Shown: positions 29,701-37,985 of the stretch, piece by piece | Layout of the letters: the number at the start of each line of letters is the position of its first letter | How positions within the stretch are numbered: position 1 is the first letter of the stretch | Source of the DNA: a virus | Length of the DNA stretch: 64,000 bases | Strand: one strand, 5' to 3' | Virus record (IMG/VR): IMGVR_UViG_3300021961_000073 | Coordinates: 5,076-69,075 of that record | Position numbers and translations under genes: made by a program | The notes under the pieces: model-generated | Databases searched by the model: none | Seen by the model: the letters and a program-made list of their open reading frames with translations, nothing else | Told to the model about the DNA's origin: nothing

Positions 29701-30483
29701 TCGGGCGCTGGAACCACGAGCAGTTACACCGAAACCAGACAAGATCAAAGCGGAGAAGATACTTATGACGTAACATATAAAGTTACAACGACGTCTACTC
29801 CTAAGTTTAAACTAACTGGTTCGACTACTGAAACTGAAACAATAGGCAAGGATGTCGTTAGAGCTAATATTAATATACCTATTTGTAGATCTAGGTTCAT
29901 TTCTTTTAAAGTTACAGGATTGAAACCTAATACTAGACACTATTTCTTCCTTAACATGGTTGCAGTAAATGATTGGATTTATTCTGCACCTGGTGATGGT
30001 GAATTTGTTAGAATGTCTAATCTAGGAAGAAATTCACCATATCTTGATGTAGGTAATACTTTTAAGGATCTTACAGAATTCCCATCTACCGGGGTTTATC
30101 CAGGTAAAACCTCTGCACACTTTACTAACGCTGCTGGTGAAATATCGGGTTATTTCTTGCTTCCCTCAACTGACGCAATAAATTTCCCTACCGGTACTCT
30201 TGGATTTGAAATTGCTGACGTAGATACGCATATGGCAATTCGTGATAATGCCTTCTCCAAAGGCTTTGCTGAATATACGGCTAGTGGAACATTAAGGCAA
30301 ATACAAGATGAAGAATTAACTACTAAGATATATCTAGTGGATTTAGATATAGAAACAGTTGAAACTGGTAGAAATAGGGTATACCCAAGATATGGTGGTG
30401 GTGACGGTGACGGAACCAGTACTGGTACTGGTTCTGGTGGCGTGTGCGGTTCTGTTGATGCTACAAATGGTGATGGATGGTAA
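26719..30483 (+). CDS. Large virion structural protein, VrlC/DUF4815-like (N-terminal part)
   Basis: Y.DDY...NYYKILFNSGRALQ.RELNQLQ, APGADRYKI, LRDVLDFRP, NRRYTM.DI..I..R. Confidence 0.8.
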   Translation: MVSQVIKETFRRNYADDYRDSDNYYKILFNSGRALQQRELNQLQTIINKDIEEFGNNEFHAGSAVSGGAPAPETSVPFIKLTGLGDLTAAQLRNTEWLQSGSEGLELRIEFATAATDTDPATIFVTYTSSNSQSTTEQLVASAGRTLTYNGSAAALVGKTLTIQSTDTSSNPATGFGTLYTISAGRFFVNGHFVYSDTQTVVISKYTRTPTAVIGWLVTESIVKVEDDENLYDNSGANLNISAPGADRYKITLTLTTKDLVDSDQYFIPLANMENGSVYSDRNTAELNFGDKANEDFFAIRHYKTHGNFKVEGGRVDIQSSPTDATQWQVDIQPLLAFLEGTFIRTTGNIPLTTPKPRTTTTLQNEATTVSFGNYIISDNLNGIFNFEAFEEINLYSAVTAGGSVLGTAKVRAIDKFGTDYRIYLFEVDLGSNNFSQIRSIGNSSTDYADIKLQGGIAKLYDQQENNLLMPLPRTRPSAVSDVVITVQRVDEVTDGDNDGTISFNTASGYVVDDTSSWIVIRTDTGAVVTGYNTSGSSGTSVVISGLPTGTLTFRVVTYQQSTGSVGRSKTKTLVSGATKTASLSSGSLDLDHVDIYALNSVTVGGVDVTDEFIFDDGQRDNFYDVGNITLKGGSSVSSSASVTVNYDYFSHSGTGNFFSVSSYGGQVTYENIPSHQQKNGERVSLRDVLDFRPSRTPGATTFGERFKLPQNGDNVTADITYYLGTRARVFLTKDMRGNIIQGPPALNPVHVDTGAETMTIAEIDFAPYGLDDKDFKIKYVGNRRYTMADIAQIDRRLEDLEELTSLTMLELNTRNKSILDSDGLDRLKSGITADNFTDHYQSDKWLENIPGKAERANPEYRASIDFVRGELTPRTLENSIDLVFDSADGDNSNVVLKGDNIMLSYTQEEYKFQNSFSRAIEVAPQALPKFVGRITLSPASDVWIDIERLPKKVITGDPRISQDPNDTTNWAGTSWTGMKISDLSKAQFGDIVYSGAGTTSSYTETRQDQSGEDTYDVTYKVTTTSTPKFKLTGSTTETETIGKDVVRANINIPICRSRFISFKVTGLKPNTRHYFFLNMVAVNDWIYSAPGDGEFVRMSNLGRNSPYLDVGNTFKDLTEFPSTGVYPGKTSAHFTNAAGEISGYFLLPSTDAINFPTGTLGFEIADVDTHMAIRDNAFSKGFAEYTASGTLRQIQDEELTTKIYLVDLDIETVETGRNRVYPRYGGGDGDGTSTGTGSGGVCGSVDATNGDGW

Positions 30484-30533
30484 TTATTAATGATAAATCA
30501 AATTAAAAAAGATATGACCAAAGGAATAAAAAA

Positions 30534-32183
30534 ATGCCAGCAGTAATTCCAGTCCTTGATAGAGTATTATTTAATCCGATGGCACAATCTTTCTTTGTGC
30601 CAGATATGCCTGGAATATTTTTAACTAAGATTGATCTTTGGTTTCAAGCTAAAGGAACTCTACCTATTTCTATCGAGCTTAGAAAAGCTAGTGCAAAGGG
30701 TAATCCTAGTAGAAACGCTATTATACCATCGTCTGTTGTGACATTAGCTGCTGCCGATGTCGTGATAGCAGACGGAACAACAGCGGCAAATAGGCCTACT
30801 GATGGATCTGGCAGTTTTGCTAGCAATGCAACTACTTTTGAATTCGAAGAACCAGTTTTCTTAAAAGGTAATGACTTTTATGCTATAATTATTCGAACGA
30901 ATGCGGGTAAAGACTATAAAATCTGGTCTTCTTTCGAAGGTGACTTTGTTTTAGGTAGTGCAAGTGTTCGAGTAGGTACTACCATCGAACCTGGTATCTT
31001 ATATAGGGCTGGCAACGGTATAGAATACGTTCCTGAAAGAAATGCTGACCTTATGTTTAAGTTATATAGAGCAAAATTCACTGCTACATCGGGCGTGGCA
31101 GTACTTCATTCAAATGCACCTCCAAAAAAGAAATTACCAAATAATCCGTTTGTTACAACTAGTGGTGCAACCGGCGTTATTGTTAATCATCCCAATCATG
31201 GTTTCCAAGTAAATGATAGGGTTAATATTAGTGGTGTTACAGCAGCAGTAAATGGTATTGCAGCTGCTAATATAAATGGAACAAGGTTAATTACACGAGT
31301 AGATCCTTATGGATATAAATTTGTGGCAGGGAGTTCAGATACGGCTTCGTCCTCTGGTAGAGGTGGTGGATCAACAGTTTATGTTACTCAACAACTACAA
31401 TTCGATGCTATCAATCTTCAAATTGATACTTTAAACCCATTACAAAAGTCAGAATATTCATTTAATGTAGATACGACCTCAGGAAAATCTTATGCCTCTT
31501 TAACTGAAGCCCAATATGAGCAATTTACTGATCAGAGATTGCCTAATAAATCGAAATATAATTTCTCAGTGCCAAATGTAATCCTGAGTGATTCTAATGA
31601 AACTGGTGTTTGGGGCAATAATGGTACAGAATCTATGGAAGTTAGAGTGACTATGAGAAATGCAACAACAGATGATAAAATTAGTCCACTTATTGATATA
31701 CAAAGAGCCCATGCAATCTTATATAGCAACATAATTGATTATAACGATGCATCAGATAGTGATGAGGGTAATATTCTTTTAAATTACGTAGCCGAGACAG
31801 ATAAACGTGATGGCTCATCTATATCTAAACACGTTGCTAAAGAAGTAAAATTGGAAAGACCTTCTAATGGTTTAAAAATTATGTTTGGTGCTCACGTACC
31901 ATTAGAGGGGAGAATTGATACTTATTATAGAACTGTTGCTCCTGGTTCTGATGCAAACATCAGAAGTCTTCCTTGGATCGCTGCTAGTTACGATGTTGAA
32001 CCGCCGAAAGATCAGAATCCTAACAAGCTTAGGAGTTATGAAATTACTTTAGGCGGGGAATTTGCAAACACATTAGATGAATTTGATCGATATCAAGTAA
32101 AATTAGTATTGAATTCTAAATCTTCTTCAAAGGTTCCACGTGTAAGAGATCTCAGGACGATTGCTTTAGCAGTTGAGTCTTGA
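30534..32183 (+). CDS. Virion structural protein, VrlC-like C-terminal part
   Basis: NPMAQSFFV, FLTKIDLWF, T.F.FEEPVFL, DLMFKLYRAKF, HPNHG, VPRVRDLRTIALA. Confidence 0.75.
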   Translation: MPAVIPVLDRVLFNPMAQSFFVPDMPGIFLTKIDLWFQAKGTLPISIELRKASAKGNPSRNAIIPSSVVTLAAADVVIADGTTAANRPTDGSGSFASNATTFEFEEPVFLKGNDFYAIIIRTNAGKDYKIWSSFEGDFVLGSASVRVGTTIEPGILYRAGNGIEYVPERNADLMFKLYRAKFTATSGVAVLHSNAPPKKKLPNNPFVTTSGATGVIVNHPNHGFQVNDRVNISGVTAAVNGIAAANINGTRLITRVDPYGYKFVAGSSDTASSSGRGGGSTVYVTQQLQFDAINLQIDTLNPLQKSEYSFNVDTTSGKSYASLTEAQYEQFTDQRLPNKSKYNFSVPNVILSDSNETGVWGNNGTESMEVRVTMRNATTDDKISPLIDIQRAHAILYSNIIDYNDASDSDEGNILLNYVAETDKRDGSSISKHVAKEVKLERPSNGLKIMFGAHVPLEGRIDTYYRTVAPGSDANIRSLPWIAASYDVEPPKDQNPNKLRSYEITLGGEFANTLDEFDRYQVKLVLNSKSSSKVPRVRDLRTIALAVES

Positions 32184-32184
32184 T

Positions 32185-32397
32185 ATGAGTAGGCCGTTAA
32201 TTCCCGTAGAAGGTGAACAAGGTATCTATAGAGATCCTAAAACGGACGCGATAGTTATTATAAATAGCGGGGAACAGGAAAGAAAGAAACGGGCGTTGAA
32301 GGCAATAAAACGAAGAGAACGGGCTGAGATCCAAAATCTAAAAAATGAAATAGGTGAGATAAAGGATTTGCTCAAACAGCTATTAGAGAAGAGTTAA
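32185..32397 (+). CDS. Small coiled-coil protein following VrlC
   Basis: VEG..G.YRDPKT.AI.IN ... LKNEIGEIKDLLKQLL. Confidence 0.7.
   Translation: MSRPLIPVEGEQGIYRDPKTDAIVIINSGEQERKKRALKAIKRRERAEIQNLKNEIGEIKDLLKQLLEKS
32259..32266 (+). promoter_or_regulatory. Late promoter (TATAAATA), intragenic
   Basis: Exact consensus ~130 nt upstream of the 32399 ORF. Confidence 0.5.
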
Positions 32398-32398
32398 A

Positions 32399-33559
32399 AT
32401 GGCAAAGCAATTTATATCACTTACTACTAGGATCGACCTCTGGAAAGATTATTTTAATAATCTAACCAATGATGTAGGCGATATAGCTCTACTGACTACC
32501 GGAGCATCTGCTGGTGGGGACTCTGATCTAGTTACAGCTATCAATGAACATGATGCTGAACTCGGTACGATTACAGCAGTTGCTATGGGAACAACGGCAT
32601 CGACCGTATCTACTGCAATTGCAGAACTCGATGGAAGACTAGATTCCATTAACGATACTCAGATTAACTCGCCACATTTATTCATTACTGATTCTTCTCA
32701 AACAAGTATTATCAAAGGTAATTTAAACCTTCATGGCAACATGGACATCGACGGTACACTTACAGTCGATGGCGTAGTTAATTTTAAGGCTGGATCGAGT
32801 GGGTCTGTTACACTTGGTGATGCGAACACAGATAATGTTGTATTCAATGCTGATATTAATTCTAGCATTATACCAAATACAGATGATACCTATGATCTTG
32901 GTTCTTCCAGCCAAGAATGGAGAGATTTATTTGTAGATAGATTTGCTTATATCGATAGATTAAGAGCAGATTCTGCCACGTTCACTGGATTAGTTACTGG
33001 TACTGGCGCATCATTCGATAGCGCAAATATTACAACTGCTGGTATAGTTACTTTAGATGTAACAGGTATAACTACTCTCGATTCTGCTACTGTAGATGGT
33101 TGGTTAACTTCTAGTAAAATAAGATCATCGGGAGCAGCGCTTAGGCTCGAAGACGGCGGAAATAATATTAATCTTACAGCAAACGGTACGCTGTTTGGCT
33201 CGTTTTCAACACCAGATAATTCACAGTTAGTTATTACTAATGGTTCAAGTGATACTATAACGCTACAAGCAGACGGAGATCTTGCTCTTAGTGGTACCGG
33301 AGATTTTATACCAGGTATTACTCTAATCACTACAGCTACTGGTTTAGGTGGGGCAATTAATGAATTAAAAAGTAGTATATCTACTCTTGAAGGTGTCGAC
33401 TCTAATATCGATTCAAGCTTAGCATCGATTTTTGCTCAAATCGGTGATTTATCAAGTTTAAACGGGGATTCTAAAGATAATCTAGTAAACGCCATTAACG
33501 AAACATGGGACAGAATACCGAATATATACGATGAGAACGATACGCTCCTGAACGGATAA
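32399..33559 (+). CDS. Fibre/whisker-like virion protein
   Basis: Repeated LV.AINE coiled motifs, IIPNTDDTYDLGSSSQEWRDLF fibre motif, C-terminal IYDENDTLLN. Confidence 0.65.
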   Translation: MAKQFISLTTRIDLWKDYFNNLTNDVGDIALLTTGASAGGDSDLVTAINEHDAELGTITAVAMGTTASTVSTAIAELDGRLDSINDTQINSPHLFITDSSQTSIIKGNLNLHGNMDIDGTLTVDGVVNFKAGSSGSVTLGDANTDNVVFNADINSSIIPNTDDTYDLGSSSQEWRDLFVDRFAYIDRLRADSATFTGLVTGTGASFDSANITTAGIVTLDVTGITTLDSATVDGWLTSSKIRSSGAALRLEDGGNNINLTANGTLFGSFSTPDNSQLVITNGSSDTITLQADGDLALSGTGDFIPGITLITTATGLGGAINELKSSISTLEGVDSNIDSSLASIFAQIGDLSSLNGDSKDNLVNAINETWDRIPNIYDENDTLLNG

Positions 33560-33569
33560 GGAATTCGTA

Positions 33570-35576
33570 ATGGCCGAAGTGCTACTTAAACTAGCAGATG
33601 CCAATGGTAACCTAAAAGGCATCACAACATCAGAGCAAGATTATCTTGCCTATCAAGCTGGATTACAGCTTGCTGATGCTGATAGCGCTGAGGTTGGATC
33701 GTTGACTAGATCAGCAACTGGATCGACCAGTATCGGTTCTTTTAGTGATACCGCATTCGATCAAGCTATCGGTACACATCCCGGAACTTCAATCACGACC
33801 AGTACTACAACTACTACAGTTTATCAGAAAACTGGTACTGCATCTGAGGCTGGTTCAGATTTTCATCGTCCAGTAGCCTTAATGGATGATACTGATACTA
33901 CTCCGCCACAAGATATTAAAGTGATGAATGATACAAGATTAAATACTCTTGTAAACAGCTTAATCAGCACCATTTTCACTAATGATTATCCTGGAACTTA
34001 TCGCTTAGGTACAAGTGCTCCAAGTGGCGATTATGCTACATATATTTCTGGTATCTTCACAGATACGCGTACAGATGGCACAAGTGTAACTTATAATCTT
34101 TATAAAAGAAATACGTATACACCTCCAACCGCAGTAAATCCTTTAAGAATTGCTAACACATTCGATTTAAAAGAAATGTCTGATGCTGAGATTAAGTACA
34201 CTCTCGGTCAGCGTGCTAAGACACAGATCATGTCAACTGGGGTTGGTAAGTATCAGTTAAGAAGCTCTGTACAAGGTGTACCATCAGATCCTGGTACATG
34301 GGTGGCAAAAGGTACTGCAACAGATACGAAAACCACTACTGCTGATGTAAATTATACTAGGACTTCACAAACAGATTATCAATCAAATTATGATGCGGCG
34401 TATATTCGCAACTACGAAGGAAACTATATTAATACCTATAGCAGAACCAGAACCTCTGCATATACTACAGATTATGTCGGATATTCTGGTGCATATGTAG
34501 CCACTTATATCAGTAACTATGAAGGCGACTATATCTCTAATTACGAAGGCGATTATACGGGAGCCAATTACGAAGCAGCATATGATGGCACTTTCTATGA
34601 GTCAGCATATGAAGGTGCTTTCTATGAGTCAGCATATGATGGCACTTTTTACGACGGTGCTGATTATCAAGCAGCATATGAAGGCGCTGATTTCCAAAGA
34701 ACTTCGTTCCTAACGTATCAAACAAATTATCAAGGAAACTATATAGGGGATTATCTTGGTAATTTCCAGGGAACATATGTAGGTGACCAAGGGTATACTC
34801 CATCGGTAAATTATCAGAGAACTAGGGTTACTACATTTATTAACTTCTTCAGTAATCCTATTTTTTACGGCGGAAGACTTCATGGATATTTTGGATCATA
34901 TGGAGGATATTTCGAAGGCAACTTCCTCGGGGATTACGTTGGTGTTCAAAATTTCCAAAGAACTAGTACAAGATCTAGATCTTCAACATATACAAATGTT
35001 CAAAACTACAATGGTCGTATTCTTTACTTTGGTGGAGTCACGGTTTTCTTTGCAGGTAATTATTTAGGAGACTTTGGTGCAAATACATATGATGGTGATG
35101 GGCCATCATTCGTAGGATCTGTTACTTCCATTTTCACTAGAACTTCAATAACGCCTTATACCGGAGATTATCAAGCTGGATATCTAGGTAACTATATAGG
35201 AAATTTTTTAACAGATTACCAAGGGACTTACCAAGGGACATATATCTCAAATTACGTAGGTGATTACATTTCTAATTACGTTGGGACATATCTCACGGAT
35301 TATGAGGGTACGTACATAACTGCCTATGAATCAGCCTACCAATCCGCCTACGAGTCTGCTTATGATGGGGATTATGTGGGCGATTACACTGGGGATTATA
35401 TAGCTGATTACGAAGGCAACTATGATAGAGACTTCGTGGGGGACTACGAAGCTGATTATATAGCCACATATATATCTAACTACACGGGAGATTATACCGG
35501 AGACTTTTCTGGAGAAACCATTCAAGCGCCCACTACAACTGTAGAAACGTATACTTTATACGTGAGGACTTCTTAG
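33570..35576 (+). CDS. Tetrapeptide-repeat fold-back fibre protein A (668 aa)
   Basis: ~260-aa base domain paralogous to 35592..37976, then Tyr/Gly-rich x-x-Y-x repeats, ends ETYTLYVRTS. Confidence 0.7.
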   Translation: MAEVLLKLADANGNLKGITTSEQDYLAYQAGLQLADADSAEVGSLTRSATGSTSIGSFSDTAFDQAIGTHPGTSITTSTTTTTVYQKTGTASEAGSDFHRPVALMDDTDTTPPQDIKVMNDTRLNTLVNSLISTIFTNDYPGTYRLGTSAPSGDYATYISGIFTDTRTDGTSVTYNLYKRNTYTPPTAVNPLRIANTFDLKEMSDAEIKYTLGQRAKTQIMSTGVGKYQLRSSVQGVPSDPGTWVAKGTATDTKTTTADVNYTRTSQTDYQSNYDAAYIRNYEGNYINTYSRTRTSAYTTDYVGYSGAYVATYISNYEGDYISNYEGDYTGANYEAAYDGTFYESAYEGAFYESAYDGTFYDGADYQAAYEGADFQRTSFLTYQTNYQGNYIGDYLGNFQGTYVGDQGYTPSVNYQRTRVTTFINFFSNPIFYGGRLHGYFGSYGGYFEGNFLGDYVGVQNFQRTSTRSRSSTYTNVQNYNGRILYFGGVTVFFAGNYLGDFGANTYDGDGPSFVGSVTSIFTRTSITPYTGDYQAGYLGNYIGNFLTDYQGTYQGTYISNYVGDYISNYVGTYLTDYEGTYITAYESAYQSAYESAYDGDYVGDYTGDYIADYEGNYDRDFVGDYEADYIATYISNYTGDYTGDFSGETIQAPTTTVETYTLYVRTS

Positions 35577-35578
35577 GA

Positions 35579-35586
35579 TATAAATA
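35579..35586 (+). promoter_or_regulatory. Late promoter (TATAAATA)
   Basis: Exact consensus 5 nt before ATG 35592. Confidence 0.7.
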
Positions 35587-35591
35587 GCATC

Positions 35592-37976
35592 ATGCCTATA
35601 ACTCATATACCACTTCAACTGAAAGACGCATCCGGCAATCTGGAGATCATGAATGATTCTTCGGATCTGAATTATCTTGCGTACAGAGCTGGCATTTGGC
35701 TTTCTAATACTGCTGATTCTTCAGACGTTAGTCGTATAGGTTCTTCCGGTTCAGTTGCTGATGAGATCGGTTTACATAGTGATACAGTATATGATCAAGC
35801 TGTTGGTGCTCACAGTGCGCTATCGATTACGACTACGACTACTAAGATATATCAAAAAGATGGCAGCGCATCAGTATCAGATGCAGCTGGTTGGAGACGA
35901 CCAACTTATTGGAATAGTGGTATAGTAGAAATGGCTGATAGTGATTTATCAGTTTTAGGAGATAATCTAGCTGGTCGTATTTTTACCAATGATTATCCTG
36001 GAAGTTATAAACTTCAGTCTTCAAGCCCTGGTGCAGATTATACTGCAGTATTAACGAATATTTTTACTGATACTAGAACAGATGGTACTACCGTTAACTA
36101 CACATTATGGCAGAGAACTGCCATTTCTTCTGGTACGCCAACGGGTAAGACATACTTAAGAATTAAAGGAACTCAATCAGACGAAGGAAGTTCTTACTCT
36201 GGTACACAAGAAGCTACAGATGCTCAAGTCCAATATACTTTAGGTAAGACTGTAGGAAACAGGATTATGTCATCTGGGGTTGGGAAATACCAATTGCGCT
36301 CTTCTGCTCAAGGTGTCCCAACAGATCCTGGCACATGGGCATCTAAAGGTTCAGCTAGCGATACTCGTCAGGATGTAGGGCAAGTTAATTATACAAGGGA
36401 CGCTATAGAAAACTACACCCGTACAAGCCAGACAATTTATGTAGGTAACTACACTACAAATAGTACTGCTTTCTATACTAGAATTAGAACAAGTCTTTTC
36501 TTAAATAACTATACTCGTGCTTCTGCGATTACTTTCCAACAAAATTATACAAGAGCAGTTAACGTTGATTACACTCGAGACAGTACTCGTATAACAAACG
36601 TTGATTACACTCGCGACAGTACTCGTGACGCTCAGGAGAATTATACAACTAATTTTCAGCGTACCAGCACTCGTATAACAAACGTAAACTATACTCGTAA
36701 TAGTACTCGTGACGCTCAAGAGAATTATACCACAGCTTATACGCGTGATAGTACTAGGGTGTCAAACGTAAACTACACCAGAGATAGTACTCGTGACGCT
36801 CAGGAGAATTATACCACAGCTTATACTCGCGACAGTACTCGTATAACAAACGTTGATTATACTAGAAATAGTACTCGTGACGCTCAGGAGAATTATACTA
36901 CAGCTTATACTCGCGACAGTACTCGTATAACAAACGTTGATTATACTAGAAATAGTACTCGGCTTTCTCAACGGACAACATTTGTAAACTACACAAGACA
37001 AAGACAAACTAACTATACTCGTGAATCGAACGTAAACTATCAAAGAACTAGAGCTACAAATTATACGAGAAATAGTGCTGTAAATTTCCAAAGAATTAGC
37101 ACTCGCCAGCGCATCAGCTTCTTCAGTAATCCTATTTTTTACGGCGGAAGACTTCTTGGATATTTCGGAGGATATGGAGGTTATTTCCAGGGCAACTTCC
37201 TTGGCGACTTTGTAGGCGACTTTATAGGCGACTTCGTGGGCAACTTCCTTGGCGACTATGTAAGAGGATTTATAGGCGACTTCGTGGGCAACTTTGACGG
37301 TGATTATATTAGAGGATTTTTAGGGGATTACACAGGCGATTTTACGGGAAACTACATCAGAGGGTTTGATGGTAACTACGTTGGTAACTACGACAGGGAT
37401 TTCCTAGGCAATTATACAGGCGATTTTGCGGGAAACTACATCAGAGCGTTTGATGGTAACTACGTTGGTAACTACGACAGGGACTTTTTGGGAAATTATA
37501 CAGGTAACTTTATTGGAGACTACGTCAGAGGGTTTACTGGTAACTACGTTGGTAACTACGACAGGGACTTTTTGGGGAATTACACTGGGGATTACGTAGG
37601 CGACTATATAAGAGCGTTTGATGGTAACTACGTTGGTGATTTCATAGGAGATTACCTAGGTAATTATACTGGTAACTATACAGGTAACTATATAAGAGCG
37701 TTTACAGGAAATTACATAGGTAACTATATAGCAACGTATGAGGGAAATTATACGGCAGATTACCAGTCTAATTACATTGGTGATTACACTGGGGACTATG
37801 AAGCTGCATTTGAGGGTAATTACCAAAATGATTACTTAGGAGACTTTATCGGTAATTACACCGGGGATTATTTAGGAAACTTCGACGGCAACTATATTGG
37901 CGATTATTCTGCATCGACCATTTTAGGGACGTCGTCTGGAATAGAGGTATATACACTATACGTCAGAATATCATGA
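35592..37976 (+). CDS. Tetrapeptide-repeat fold-back fibre protein B (794 aa)
   Basis: Base domain, 61 R/T/N/Y-rich tetrapeptides, aromatic/Gly tip, 60 G-[DN]-[YF]-x tetrapeptides, ends EVYTLYVRIS. Confidence 0.75.
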   Translation: MPITHIPLQLKDASGNLEIMNDSSDLNYLAYRAGIWLSNTADSSDVSRIGSSGSVADEIGLHSDTVYDQAVGAHSALSITTTTTKIYQKDGSASVSDAAGWRRPTYWNSGIVEMADSDLSVLGDNLAGRIFTNDYPGSYKLQSSSPGADYTAVLTNIFTDTRTDGTTVNYTLWQRTAISSGTPTGKTYLRIKGTQSDEGSSYSGTQEATDAQVQYTLGKTVGNRIMSSGVGKYQLRSSAQGVPTDPGTWASKGSASDTRQDVGQVNYTRDAIENYTRTSQTIYVGNYTTNSTAFYTRIRTSLFLNNYTRASAITFQQNYTRAVNVDYTRDSTRITNVDYTRDSTRDAQENYTTNFQRTSTRITNVNYTRNSTRDAQENYTTAYTRDSTRVSNVNYTRDSTRDAQENYTTAYTRDSTRITNVDYTRNSTRDAQENYTTAYTRDSTRITNVDYTRNSTRLSQRTTFVNYTRQRQTNYTRESNVNYQRTRATNYTRNSAVNFQRISTRQRISFFSNPIFYGGRLLGYFGGYGGYFQGNFLGDFVGDFIGDFVGNFLGDYVRGFIGDFVGNFDGDYIRGFLGDYTGDFTGNYIRGFDGNYVGNYDRDFLGNYTGDFAGNYIRAFDGNYVGNYDRDFLGNYTGNFIGDYVRGFTGNYVGNYDRDFLGNYTGDYVGDYIRAFDGNYVGDFIGDYLGNYTGNYTGNYIRAFTGNYIGNYIATYEGNYTADYQSNYIGDYTGDYEAAFEGNYQNDYLGDFIGNYTGDYLGNFDGNYIGDYSASTILGTSSGIEVYTLYVRIS
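36560..36960 (+). repeat. 84-bp (28-aa) tandem repeat, N-arm
   Basis: Unit approx RITNVDYTRDSTRDAQENYTTAYTRDST, ~4.5 copies, with near-identical DNA in the last copies. Confidence 0.9.
37345..37720 (+). repeat. 84-bp (28-aa) tandem repeat, C-arm
   Basis: Unit approx GNYIRAFDGNYVGNYDRDFLGNYTGDFA; ggtaactacgttggtaactacgacaggga recurs at 84-bp spacing. Confidence 0.9.
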
Positions 37977-37985
37977 GGATGACTA

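Noticed and set aside
34844-37230. Shared tip sequence as a diversity-generating retroelement TR/VR pair
   Set aside because: Differences are not adenine-specific (ttt/ttc, ctc/ctt, ggg/ggc, tca/gga), both copies are in-frame coding, and no reverse transcriptase is in the window.
36560-37720. Regular DNA repeats as a CRISPR array
   Set aside because: Repeats are in-frame coding units with wobble-position variation and no unique spacers; no cas genes.
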